This document shows positions 43,156 to 56,215 of a stretch of 64,000 nucleotides of DNA, piece after piece. A program made the position numbers and the translations under genes. Position 1 is the first letter of the stretch, and each line of letters starts with the position of its first letter. Origin of the DNA: Octopus sinensis (taxonomy: Eukaryota); assembly GCF_006345805.1 (NCBI RefSeq), contig NC_043020.1, positions 23,870,001-23,934,000 on the forward strand, in the 5' to 3' direction. The notes beneath the pieces are model-generated. The model had not been told where the DNA came from. It did not search any database and worked only from the letters and a program-made list of their open reading frames with translations.

Positions 43156-44099
43156 ACACGACCACTGACATCTGATTGCTCTTATGTGGGTTAAGCTTTT
43201 CGTACATCAGATGATGTACCATTTGCTATTCTGATATTAAAATGCCCAGCTCTTAGTGGTCATGAACCACATGGCTGATGAAGCGTAATGGTGAACATTC
43301 ATACTGTCTACAAGGAAAAATTCTTCTCTCGAGACTACTTCTGCAGCGTATAGTCTTTTCATATCCAAATGTACACAAATATGTTAGATATTACTGTACA
43401 TAACTATATTTCATTCATCGCTGATTAGTTTGCATCTGTCTGTCAAATATATTTATGTTTTAAAATATTTCTTTATAATTATATTTACTTCTGTCATAAT
43501 GAGTTTGTCAATTATATCTAATACTAGTGTGGTACCCGTCACGTGAATGATAACTTTGGAAATATACGTTTGCCACAATTGATCGTTATAATTCAACTTT
43601 TCTCAAATTTCATCGTACTTATAAAAAATTATAAAATGAATATTGATTTTCAAATAAAAATATATTCATCACCTTAAAATGTAATTAAATAAAACAAATT
43701 TCTCATTTTATTAATCCTCCCATAAGTACTCGAGCAGTCAGTCACTTACCTCCTCCTCATGCTCCTCCTCCTCCACCGATTTTCTTTCTCTCTCAGTGTT
43801 CGTTTGCCCATTGTCTGCAAACAGCTTTCAACTGTGCACTCATTTTCCATTTCTTATGTGTACCTCTCTCTCTTTCTCTTTCTCTCTCTCTCTCTCTCTC
43901 TGTACCTCTCTTTTACTCGCTCTTTCCCTTCTATCGATAAAACGTGACTGTAGAAATCAAATAACAAACCAAACTAACCGAACAACCAACTAACTGACTA
44001 CGCAACAAACCAACCGACAAACCAACCAACTAACCAGCCAACTATGTATGCATATATATATATTTTTTTCTTCTATGTATGTATACATATATATATATA

Positions 44100-44315
44100 C
44101 TGGCAGAAACGTTAGCAGGCCGGGCGAGATGCGTAGCCGTATTTCGTCTGCCGTTACGTTCTGAGTTCAGATTCCGCCGAGGTCGACTTTGCCTTTCATC
44201 CTTTCGGGGCCGATAAATTAAGTACCAGTTACGCATTAAGGTCGATATAATCGACTTAATACTTTGTCCTTGTTTGTCCCTCCTATGTCTAGCCCTTTGT
44301 GGGTAATAAAGAAAT
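44100..44315 (+). mobile_element. SINE family B (CORE-like)
   Basis: ctggcagaaacgttagc..gagttcagattccgccgaggtcgac..gataaattaagtaccag..aataaagaaata. Confidence 0.85.
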
Positions 44316-44481
44316 ATATATGTATCTATGTATGTATTTATGTATGCGAGTTTGTATGTATGTATGAATGAATGCATGTGTGTATGTATAAGTGTATATA
44401 TGTATAAGTGTTTTGTATATCACAAGGAAGAGCATGTATGCGTACATGTATGTGTATATATGTGCGTGAGTGAATATACAC

Positions 44482-44574
<93 letters not shown>

Positions 44575-44954
44575 CGTACATATAAGTAAAATATAAATAC
44601 AAAATACACATATACGTACATATATAAGTGTCTGTGTGTGTATGTGTGTGCGTTTGTGGGTCTTTCTGTACTTATATTTGCACATTTTTATGGTGTTAAC
44701 AGCAAAAATAACGGCTACGTGACGAATAGCCAGTAACCAATATCATCATCATCATCTTGATCATCATCATCATCACCACCACGATCATGATCAATACCAC
44801 CACCACCGGTTGGGAACAGTAAAAACAATGGCAACGAGTAAAAACAAGGTAAAAACAAAAGAGAACAACACGAAAACAGCTGAAAAACAACGTTTAAAAA
44901 CCGAAAGAGAAAATGGATAAATCTAAAAGCAAATTACACAAATCGGACGTCGTT

Positions 44955-45160
44955 GTAGACATTTCCGGTTTTTGTCATTGGCTTTAGACGTTACGAGCCA
45001 TCAATACGAACATTCAGCGAGTGAGTAAAGCATCGTAACACGAATTGGCAAGGGCGACATCTGGTGGCGAAACGGGAAGGGTGTTTATAGAGGTGAGGCT
45101 GGGTGGGGGTAGTAAACGAGCGAATGGTTATAAATGGCCGACGTAACCGGAAGTCCGTCA
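44955..45160. promoter_or_regulatory. CpG-rich unique island with CTCF-like and ETS motifs
   Basis: CGCCACCAGATGTCGCCC on the minus strand (45052-45069); ETS at 44961-44969 (minus) and 45146-45154 (plus); TATAAATGGCCG about 45129-45140. Confidence 0.4.
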
Positions 45161-45299
45161 GAGTTGTTGCCCTCAGCAACAGGCCATGGCTAACCAGTTG
45201 ATTTACTGTTATTTGTTGATGGATTTCTCAGATCGAGGCTGAGGATCTTTTCGTGTGAAGTGAGGCGTGTGTATGTCTGTATAAATACAAACACACACA

Positions 45300-45349
<50 letters not shown>

Positions 45350-45724
45350 CATATACATACATATATATGCATACATATATACATATATACATACATATAT
45401 ATCTTTAGATATATATGCGTGCGTATGTGTGTATACACACGCATGCACCTATGTAATATTAGTTACATTTATATGTGTGTGTATGTTTGTGTGTGTTTGT
45501 GTACGTGAGTGTGAGTACATGTGAGTATGTATATATATATATATATATATACATATATAAGTAGATATACATAATATATATATATGTATATACATGTACA
45601 TATATATATATAAATACGTATATTATATATATATATATCTTACGGAGATGTACTTTCATAGCAAGTACATCATGTGCTGGAACGAAAACAATTTCAGCGA
45701 GGAAGGTGTTTATCTCCTTCTAAA

Positions 45725-46045
45725 GACTCCGCCGGTTACGACGACGAGGGTCCCAGCTGATACGATCAACGGAACAGCTTGCTCGTGAAATTAACGTGCA
45801 AATGGCTGAGCATTCCACAGACACGTGTACCCTTAACGTAGTTCTCGGGGATAATCAGCGTGACACAGAGAGTGACAAGGCTGACCCTTTGAAATACAAG
45901 TACAACTCATTTTTGCCAGCTGAGTGGACTGGAGCAACGTGAAATAAAGTGTCTTGCTCAAGGACACAACGCGTCGCCGAGAATCGAACTCACAACCTTA
46001 CGATCATGAGCCGAATGCCCTAACCACTAAGCCACGCGCCCTCAC
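45725..46045 (-). mobile_element. SINE family C, near complete
   Basis: Minus-strand head gtgagggcgcgtggcttagtggttag..gagttcgattc; gtgtccttgagcaagacactttatttcac. Confidence 0.85.
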
Positions 46046-47769
46046 AGGTGTTTATAAGCCATTTAAGACACACACAAAAATCGTTAGATTCACTTCAACA
46101 TTTAAATTTGATTTGCCAAAATATTTTCGTCGCTTTGAGTCCGCGACCTGTTCACTGACAAAATTTCGTGCTACGTACACACACGCGCGCGCATTAACAT
46201 ATATATCTTTAAGGGTTAATAAACATTTGTCTCTTACTAATACATACATATCGTCCTTCATTGCTTCCTATCTATCCATCTATCTCTCTATCTCTCTATC
46301 TATCTACCCCTCTCTCTCTCTCTATCTATCTATCTAGTGAAATTCGCTTGTCAGTTTCTGGTTCCTTGTTCGATGCGAATGTGTAGTATCTTAAGCAAGA
46401 ATTTTCTAGCACATTTCTGCTTCGACGAATAATCTCTTGATTGAAATTCATTAGATGGAAACTGTGCGGATGCTTGTTGTCTATATTGATGCAGTTCTGG
46501 AGTCATAGTCTTAATTCGTCACGGAGCTCACCATCACCATTTGGCCCTTAGGTAAATCTAATGATGCCCATAACGCTGCAAGTCTTGGGGACCAGGGATC
46601 CGGTTAGACAAGGTAATTCACTTATCCTCGTCCCAATCATGAAGTCCCCGTAAAAGGTCAGGGCGTGTGTTCCTCCCTGTCTCCCTTCAGCTTGTTGGAT
46701 GATTAAACTCCTTTTTGCTGTTTCTCTGTCCTTTTGGGGCATTTCTCTCAATTTCTCGTTTTCTTTCACATACACAAACATACACTGGCATATGCACACA
46801 CACACACACACACTCACCACATACATATGGTTATACATGCGCACCCATAAACACACACGTTCATACACACCCTCACAGGTACACGCACACACTACATACA
46901 GACAGACACACATACTCAATTACACACATACACAATACACACCACAGACACACACTCACTACAAAGATACAGATATACACGCGCGCATAGAAGCACACAC
47001 ATGTACACAAACACATACACATTTTCTTACACACACACACATACACACACACACCATTTCTCTTCTATCTTTCCCCATTTCTCTTTTGTGTTTCATTTAA
47101 AGAACAAACATTTAAAGAACAAGGAAAAAGTCCCACAAAAGATTAATAAAAAAATGTATTGGGTTCTATTTATTCCACAAAAGATTCTTCAAAGCGGTGA
47201 TCCAGCATGGCCACAGCTGAATCACTAAAACAAGTAACAGAATAAAAGAGCCTTAAAATATTTTGTGTCTCAAATAAGAAATCCTGGCCATGATTGGGGA
47301 ACATCGTTCGAACGTGGGATGGGTTGTGTGGCAATATTTGTCCTCATTCGCTATATTCCGGGTTCAAATCACACCGAAGCCAATATTACATTAGAACATC
47401 GGACAAAGTGCTTTTTGCGCTCTTTGTTTCGGTTGTCTACGTTCTGTGTTCAAATCACGTCAGCTTTACCTTTAATCATTTCAAGGGCCGGTGAATAACA
47501 ACAGCCAAGGAACCTGGTAGATTCTTCCTTCTCTACTCCCCACTCTTTTTGTTTGGTTGTTTCTTTCTTTCTTTCTGTCTTTCTCTCTCATTCTCTCTCT
47601 CTCTTTTTTTTTCTTTCACTTTCAAAATTAGTGTCACCAATTCCTTGTCATAGAATTTTCAATGAAGTGTACAAGAGATTTCGACTTAGAATCATACCCA
47701 GCAGGCGGTGTTGTTGATTATTTGATAATTTTCCTGTCGTTTGAATGATAGCAATCACATCTGTCAAAC

Positions 47770-48036
47770 CAGTGGTTCCCAAATAGTGCGGTATTGCCCA
47801 CCTGGGGACGGTGGCAAGTTCCAAGGGAGAATTGAAGTGGGGCGATAATGGAGTTGCGATTCATGTAAAAACAAAATAATGGGTTCGTTAGGTTAAGTTT
47901 TATTCGTGAAATACATTTGCTTTGAATTTGCTTCAGAAAGAGGTATGTTTGTAGTGGTTAGTTGGGGGTGGGGAGCGCTAGGAATGTGATATGGGTGTCA
48001 AGGGGGTGGCAGCCTGAAAAAGTTTGGGAGCCACTG
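47770..48036. mobile_element. hAT-type MITE
   Basis: TIR cagtggttcccaaa / tttgggagccactg; TSD not convincing. Confidence 0.6.
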
Positions 48037-48399
48037 TTAAACGGCCCCCACATCATTTCATACATTCATTCAGAAACACCTTCAACTCAAATTTCATTTC
48101 AATTTAATTCTAGAAAGGCGAAGTGTGACTTTGTCTCACATCCACCACCCATTTTTGCCAAATAAAAATCCTTTGAATTACAGGCAAAAGGCCTCAAATT
48201 ACGATACTTATTTTACTGATCCTCAAAAGATAAAAGGCAAAATCGACCTCAGCGGAATTTGAACTCAGAACGTAAATCCGGAAGAAATGCCGATAAGCAT
48301 TTTGTCCGGCATCATCTCCTGATGACACAGGCCATAATTGAAATTTAAAAAATACGTAGTTCCAACCTTCTTACCAATTTTACCTACATTTTCCTTTTT

Positions 48400-48627
48400 C
48401 AGTTCTGTAGTTAAGAGATGAGGAATTACGTACATTATTTACATTTGACGGGGATTTGTCTTCATATTGTTTCTTGTTAACACAACGTTTCGGCTGATAT
48501 ACCCCCCCCCCCGTTTACATCAGGTGTCCTGGGGAAATTTCGAACCTGGGTTCTCATTCCTAAGGTATTTTTCGATGGTGATGATGATGATGCTATTATT
48601 ATTATTATTATTATTATTATCATCATA

Positions 48628-48667
<40 letters not shown>

Positions 48668-48975
48668 TCACTGAATCGAACTCAGAGTCTTGTGGTTAGT
48701 AGCCTGCGCTCTTCACCACTACGCCTTATGCTCGTGGGCAATTATGGAGTGAATTTTAGGGCCTATAAATCAAATATTTTTCTATCCTTCCTTAATACCG
48801 GTTCCCATATGCTGTTCATATCTGCTCTCGGCCTGCTTAGGAGATTGTTGTGTCCTAGCATATGTGCTGCTTCTTTTAGTTTTCGTATTTTCCAGTGGTG
48901 TTCTCCGTCCATTATTTTAGCTTCATCCCACAGGTGGAGGCGGTTCCGTTTTTATTATAATTCAACGGGATTTTA
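48400..48975 (-). mobile_element. Penelope-like element 3' end: GIY-YIG C-terminus, tRNA-like cassette, AAT tract, decayed HHR
   Basis: Minus strand HLWDEAKIMDGEHHWKIRKLKEAAHMLGHNNLLSRP..W (about 48780-48945); HHR motif 48479-48528. Confidence 0.75.
48479..48528 (-). ncRNA. Decayed minimal hammerhead motif
   Basis: GACAC-CUGAUGU...UCAGCC-GAAACGUU-GUGUU: helix I 5 bp and ACGU helix III intact; A9 changed to U and 5' side of helix II lost. Confidence 0.55.
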
Positions 48976-49337
48976 ATTGTAGTTTTACAATTCAAAATGA
49001 TGGACACCTATGTGGTGCTCCAATTTGCTGGTAATAGCAGCTAAATTTCCACTAAATCACGCCAGCTGCAAAAGAAAAGAAATGCACATTATTAGATAAA
49101 GAGGTTACGCGATACAATGCAAATAAGGGAACGGTGGCAATTGTATTGAGTATTGATCATAAGTCTATCTGATCTGGACAGGTTGGGGTTAAAGTTATAA
49201 CACACATTAACAACAACAACAACAACAACAATAACGACGACGACGACGACGACAACAATGACGACAATCACAAACCGCCTTATTAATTGATTAACTAATT
49301 ACAAATATATTTATTAAATTTCTGTTCCGTTGAAATG

Positions 49338-49437
49338 NNNNNNNNNNNNNNNNNNNNNNNNNNNNNNNNNNNNNNNNNNNNNNNNNNNNNNNNNNNNNNN
49401 NNNNNNNNNNNNNNNNNNNNNNNNNNNNNNNNNNNNN
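49338..49437. other. Assembly gap (100 N)
   Basis: Run of N. Confidence 1.
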
Positions 49438-49495
49438 TATACATACACACATATACATTTACAAAACAATTTGTACGAAAAAGTAGTTATATGAA

Positions 49496-49538
<43 letters not shown>

Positions 49539-49698
49539 GTGTGTGTGTGTGTGGTGTGTGTGTGTGTGTGTGTACATGTGTGTGTGTGTGTACCTATATT
49601 TATATATGTTTATATACATACATATATATACATTAATATATGTGCATATGTGTGTTTCTAAATACGTACGTATGTATATATATATATAAATAAATACA

Positions 49699-49737
<39 letters not shown>

Positions 49738-49741
49738 CACA

Positions 49742-49781
<40 letters not shown>

Positions 49782-49917
49782 CATGTCTACAGATGTTCAT
49801 CTACAGACATACATTCCTATATAGGCAAGTGAGCGTTAACATATACACAGAAATACATATACACACATTCACATAAATATATATCAACAAATAAACACAA
49901 CGACATGCATATACACG

Positions 49918-49957
<40 letters not shown>

Positions 49958-50693
49958 CGTGTATATACATGTATATATATATATTTAGTGTGTAGGTGGA
50001 ACTATACACTCGCACATACATATTTACATACATGTCCTGTTGGACATATACATCTACACTCACATATGCACAGACACACAGACACACGCAAACACACAGA
50101 CACACACAGACACACACACAGACACACACACACACACACACACACACACGTATGCACATCCTGTGGCTTATGCATAAATGCATGCTTGCTACTCAACAAA
50201 CATGGTGTCTAAATGCGCAGACTTATGGACGAGATTTTGGGGATTAAAATACCTTTAAGAGAATGGAGACTGTCAGATGTATTCCGGTATCATACACACA
50301 CAGACACAGACACGCATATACTCCCCCTACACACACATTTACACTTACACGCACACACACTCACATACACCCAATCATACAGGTGCGCATATGTTGAAAT
50401 ATATGTGCGTAAGTAGATCAAGAGATATTTATATATAAACGCACACAAATTCACATGCTCACGTGGACACAAACGCTGGTTCACAAACACACACATCAAC
50501 ACAAAATTCATATCTATACACATGCAAACACACACACATCTTCAAACACACATATTTTAACACTCAAACACTAACGCAAACCTAACATAGAATATACATA
50601 TATACATATAATCTTTTGCATATACGTAATATACATACACACACGTATATATATATATATACGTACATAACATACATACATATATATATATAT

Positions 50694-50739
<46 letters not shown>

Positions 50740-50880
50740 GTATGTTTATGTATATATGTATACATGTACATAAATGTAAGCATAATATTTTATAAAAATG
50801 GATGTATGTACGTATACTATATGTATATACATATATACATAAATATACACATGCATACATATGTGTTGTATGTGTATGTG

Positions 50881-50927
<47 letters not shown>

Positions 50928-51493
50928 TTTATAGACACACACAGACGCTGAGTCTCAAATTCATATACATCTTCAGCCAGTAAGGATTTCGTCCAATAAT
51001 TTCTCGAGCGGCCATTTTGTCTTTCATTAAGTCGTGACCACCGCTTAAGCCACATACCGGAAATTGATTTCACACTTTGTGTGTCGGCCATGACACATCT
51101 TCTACAAAGCACAAAGGAATGTTGATAAAATGTTTCACCTCCTGTCCACTTAAGGGTCATCGGATTTTTAAGCGTTGCCGAAAAAAATATCAAAAATCGA
51201 TCGCCATCCCCTTTACATTACATTATAAGATATAGATGAAGGGGAGGGAGACAAATGGGGTGAAAAAGAGGACCATAGAGAACGGGGAGAGGTATCTGCA
51301 GATGGAAAAGAGTTAGAGGGTTGCGCATACACTTCTGTGTGTGAGTCTGTGTGTGTGTGTGAGTCTGTGTGTGTATGTGTATGAATATGTGTAAATATAT
51401 ATGTTCATGTACATAAATACAAACATACATATATATGCATATATGAATATACATATATGAATGTACATATACATACATATATATATATATAGG

Positions 51494-51527
<34 letters not shown>

Positions 51528-51576
51528 CATATATATATATATTTGTATATATATATACATAATATACATATATATG

Positions 51577-51610
<34 letters not shown>

Positions 51611-51643
51611 CATATATATTTGTGTATTTATATATATATATGC

Positions 51644-51707
<64 letters not shown>

Positions 51708-52290
51708 CAGAGACAGAAAGAAAGAAAGAGAAGGAAAGGTTTTTCTCAGTTCAAATGTTAAAACCCAGAGAATCATAAATGCAATTTTATCTTTATTAAT
51801 TTTCTTTTCTTTTTCTTTTCTGGTTTTGGTGGAAATGGGAGAAACGCCGTTATTGTTGAGGCTGCTACTGCTGTTGCCACTGCTGCGGCTGTAGTAATAT
51901 TAGTAGTTGTAGACGTAGTAGTAGTAGTAGTAGTAGTAGTTGTTGTTGCTGTTGTTATCGTTTAGGCCGAAATCAACGATTGATCGAGCGGCCATAATAG
52001 CAAAAAGGCGTCGCCACATCACATTAGGGCCCATGGTGAAGATATTTAAATCGTTAAATAGCCTCATTCCACGTAACGTCAAAGAAGACAATCACAGGAT
52101 AGGAACAAGGCAGAATTCCAGCCCACAGTGTTGTTGTTGTTGGTAGTGTAGTAGTAGTAGTAGTAGTATTGATGGAATAAATGGCTGTACTGTACTGTTA
52201 AATTGATGCAGTTCATTAAGTTGATGTGTTTCTGATTTTCATTATCCTTGTATGTATGTACGTATTATAAATATATATATATATATATAT

Positions 52291-52335
<45 letters not shown>

Positions 52336-52429
52336 TATATATATATATAATATATTAATAAATAAAACATATGCATATATATATATACATATATGTACGT
52401 ACCTACCTCTACATGTATATATACACGCA

Positions 52430-52900
52430 TACATGAGTACAGGACACGAAAAAAAACGTCGAACACAATGAGAAACGAAAACATAGACACAAACCCAAGG
52501 AACTGGACATTTTTCTTAAACAACAAAAACAATAGAGTACAGAACAAATAACACAAGGAAAAACCCCCTTCTTCAGTCGCCATGATTTCATCTACTCTAC
52601 GTTTCGAAGGTGAAGGCGAGACGTATCTTCGATAGAAACTTTCCTTCCTGCGAAAAGCAAATCAAATAAAATTTGAGATCTTTTTGTAGAGGGGTAAAAA
52701 TGGTAACAAAAACGGGACAGTAACGACAGAACAAAATATAAGCAGTAAAAGACAGGACAAGGAAAATAACAAGACAAGAAGGGCTGTTAAGCCGAACGAA
52801 AAAAGTATTACGAACGCTACTTCTGTGGACGGCGAAGGGGGCAAAGAAAATTGCCGTCCACACCTCAAGAAGGTCAGGCGAGAAAGAAGGTGGCAAGGCT
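52430..52900 (-). mobile_element. PLE-type terminal repeat relic with degenerate HHR-like motif (52594-52639)
   Basis: Minus strand GUUU-CUAUCGA-AGA...CUUC-GAAACGUA-GAGU; layout resembles the 54440-54950 element. Confidence 0.4.
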
Positions 52901-53253
52901 CTCGTCGCGGGTTAACGGCGGGAGGGAAGAGGAGGAGTAAGAGAAAGAGAGAGAAGAAAGGGTAATGGTTGTGAGGAAACCAGAAAGAATAAAGAATGAG
53001 AGAGAGGGAGAGAGAGAGAGAGAGTGAAGAATGAGAGAGAGGGAGAGACAGTTAAGTAGAAGAAAAGGAAATCAAAGAATGAAGGCTGAGAATCGGAGGG
53101 GACAGAAAGGTTAAGAGTGCGCATCAAAATTAATATCAAGAACAATCTTACTTAGAAAGGGATGCGTACGTTCCGTCATATAATATATTAATAAATAAAA
53201 CATATGCATATATATATATACATATATGTACGTACCTACCTCTACAATATATA

Positions 53254-53301
<48 letters not shown>

Positions 53302-53366
53302 ATTAATTTTTAATTAATTTTACCAAGTAGTGTTCAGTATGTAAGAAGACCATTTACGGTATATTT

Positions 53367-53797
53367 AAAACATTACGTTATATAATTAGGGTTCAGTAAA
53401 ATAATTTACTTTACCACACACTGAACTTTTAGAAATAGCAGCCAAAAAATCTTAGCTATTTCTTCTACTATAAGAAATATCTCCCAGACAATGTATACTC
53501 AAAAATAATTCAAGCAGGTATGGAGGGAAAAATAACAAAAGATCACATGTACATAAGATTACTTGAGAATGTACGTTTCTAGATTAGTTGAATTTAAAGA
53601 TCAACATTTCCTTCGTCAGCTCAAAGATTTCTTAGATTTGGATTTGAGAGCACTAAAAATCGAACATACCCGTCTGATATGTGAAATCCCAGACAGTAGA
53701 AGAAATAGCTAAGATTTTTTGGCTGCTATTTCTAAAAGTTCGGTGTGTGGTAAAGTAAATTATTTTACTGAACCCTAATTATATAGCGTAATGTTTT
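53367..53797. repeat. Fold-back: 103-bp arms (53367-53469 / 53695-53797), 2 mismatches, spacer holds an HHR motif
   Basis: aaaacattacgttatataattagggttcag..tcttctact versus agtagaaga..ctgaaccctaattatatagcgtaatgtttt. Confidence 0.9.
53571..53622 (-). ncRNA. Hammerhead motif with canonical core and long helix II
   Basis: GAG-CUGACGA-AGGAAAUGUUGA UCUUUAAAU UCAACUAAUCUA-GAAACGUA-C; GUUGA/UCAAC stem; helix I disrupted. Confidence 0.5.
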
Positions 53798-53842
53798 ATG
53801 TATATACATATGTATATATATATATATGCATGTATATATATG

Positions 53843-53901
<59 letters not shown>

Positions 53902-53903
<2 letters not shown>

Positions 53904-54122
53904 CAATACCTCGACTATCGCGGGTGTTATGTTCCAAAACACCCCGCTATAGGTGGAAATCCGCTAAGTAGAAACAGTACTGTATATTTCTATAAAAATT
54001 ATTTTTATGATTTTTATATGTATTAATTTTATCATAAATGCAAAACAACACCAAGGAGCAATCGACATAAGCTTAAATAATAAACCGCAATAGGTGAACT
54101 GCGATATGGCGAGAGATTACTG
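53902..54122. mobile_element. pogo/Tigger-like MITE
   Basis: Left cgcaatacctcgactatcgcggg, right ctgcgatatggcgagagattactg; decayed TIRs in TA context. Confidence 0.55.
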
Positions 54123-54220
54123 TGTACATACATACAAACATACATACATACATACATACATACATACATACATACATACATACACACATACATACATGCA
54201 TACATACATGCATGCATACA

Positions 54221-54380
54221 TATACACGACGGGTCTCTTTCAGTTTATGTCTACTAAATCCACTCACAAGGGTTTGGTCGGCCCGTGACTGTAGTAGAAG
54301 ACACTTTCCCATGGTGCCACTCAGTGAAACTGAACTCGGAACCATGTCGTGGGGAAGCAAGCTTCTTACCACACATCCAC
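54221..54380 (-). mobile_element. SINE family A head, inverted
   Basis: tttcagtttatgtctactaaatccactcacaagggtttggtcggcc..gaagcaagcttcttaccacac. Confidence 0.8.
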
Positions 54381-54389
54381 TCCTCTTTC

Positions 54390-54439
<50 letters not shown>

Positions 54440-54441
<2 letters not shown>

Positions 54442-54950
54442 TACATACATACATGCAAATATGGGCACAGGACATCCCTAACGGAGCAAATAACATGAAA
54501 TTCGTAAACGACGAGAAAAATGAAAAACAGGACAAGTAAACCCATAGAAAAGGCCCTTCATCAATTGTCGGCGGTGTATCTACTCCTCATTTCGAGCATT
54601 CAGGGACAATATTAGTCGTCAAAGACAGTTTCCCTCATAATTTCTAAATAAAATTTATCATTTTTTGAGGGTCATAAAGATGACAGTGGAGACACAAGGA
54701 AAACGAACGAAAACAAACATGGAAGGTAGTTAGACAAGAACGAGACGATAACAGTGAACGCTGGGAGAAACTTTTTTTTGGAAAGATAGAAGAGAGAGTG
54801 AAAAACACGTCCGTTCTTTTGAACGTCCATGCAGGAAAAAGTTGGACACGTGAGGAAAAGAAAGATGAGCGATGGTCACGTGTGAGCAACGAGAGAGAAA
54901 GCCAGAATTTGACTACCCTTTCCAACAGCGTCTGGTTTAACAGGTGACTT
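54440..54950 (-). mobile_element. PLE-type terminal repeat relic with degenerate HHR-like motif (54583-54626)
   Basis: Minus strand UUGACGA..UGCUC-GAAAUGA; helices poorly formed. Confidence 0.3.
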
Positions 54951-55450
54951 GACCTCACCATCATTGGGGACACACCCAAAGACCATCATAGAACTTGGTT
55001 TTCCCGATATGTGGAACATTAATGAGATTTGTAGGCAAGTAAGCTGTTGTTCTGGTTGTTATGCAACTGTTCCTGGTAGAAGTTGTGTTCATTTGAGAAG
55101 AACCAGATCCTCCCCGGTTCAGCTTATTCAAATGCTTCTTTATCTTCGTTAAACACTTCTTTTCGGACTTGGCTATCAGAAGTTGTCCCTTACGTATCTT
55201 GTACAAGTGGTAGCGAACGTCTTCATTCAGTTTCATGGTGGCGACTCCAACACCCATCTCTCAAGCCAAATCCCAGATTACCGTGATCCGATCATCCATT
55301 CTGCTGTCGTGATGTTGATAGATGCATCACGTCATGTTGATGCAGTCAGAACGCTTGCTGTGACCCCTGTTATCCGGACATGGCTTCGTAGTCTCAGTTG
55401 CACTGTCCATGCCAAGTGTTACAGCCTTTACAGAGTTCAGAGATGCATAG
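54950..55450 (-). pseudogene. Tc1/mariner (maT/DD37D-like) transposase N-terminal half relic
   Basis: MGVGVATMKLNEDVRYHLYKIRKGQLL..LNKL, then frameshifted IWFFSNEHNFYQEQLHNNQNN and VPHIGKTKF. Confidence 0.7.
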
Positions 55451-55657
55451 AGCAGAAGTCATGACATCTGCACTTTGATACCAGGCGTAAATAATCATGT
55501 CACAAGTAACTCTTTTCAAATGTTCATATGGCTGCCAGTCTTCGATGTCAGCTAATTTTTTCTCAGCTATAGCTTTAATCTTTATGAACTTCAACGCCGT
55601 TGACTGTTCGCATACACTTGAAACTGTTCCCGACAAAAGAAAACAACATGAATTATC

Positions 55658-55688
<31 letters not shown>

Positions 55689-56088
55689 TGTATGTATGTA
55701 TGTATGTATGTATGTATGTATGTATGTATGTATGTATGTATGCATGTAAGTATGTATGTACGTACGTATATATGTATATATACATATAAATACTTATACA
55801 TACATACATACATAAATACATACATACATACATATATACATACATACTTGTATACATAGATACATACTTTTAATACACACTCACACACACACCACACAAA
55901 TATTGGTGCACTATTTGATACAATTTCTCGTTTCAATCACTGGACTACGGTCATGCTGGGGCATCACCTTGAATTGTTAAACCGACCAGTTATTGTTTAA
56001 TGGTATATTTAATCTATCGTCCCTTTGAACTGAACAGCCAAAGGTACATGGCTATGAACAAACGAATGAATACTAGTTGTGTCTCTGC

Positions 56089-56138
<50 letters not shown>

Positions 56139-56139
56139 A

Positions 56140-56215
<76 letters not shown>

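Noticed and set aside
43520-43720. Helitron-like start TACTAG..TACCCG
   Set aside because: Too degenerate; no terminal hairpin or CTRR end identified
46495-46551. Possible 57-nt plus-strand exon (CAG..AG|GTAAAT)
   Set aside because: Poor polypyrimidine tract and no recognisable peptide
49338-49437. N run
   Set aside because: Scaffold gap of nominal size; distances across it are unreliable
52560-52580. Minus-strand CUGAAGA followed by a GGGG/CCUU stem
   Set aside because: Followed by GUG instead of GAAA; half motif only
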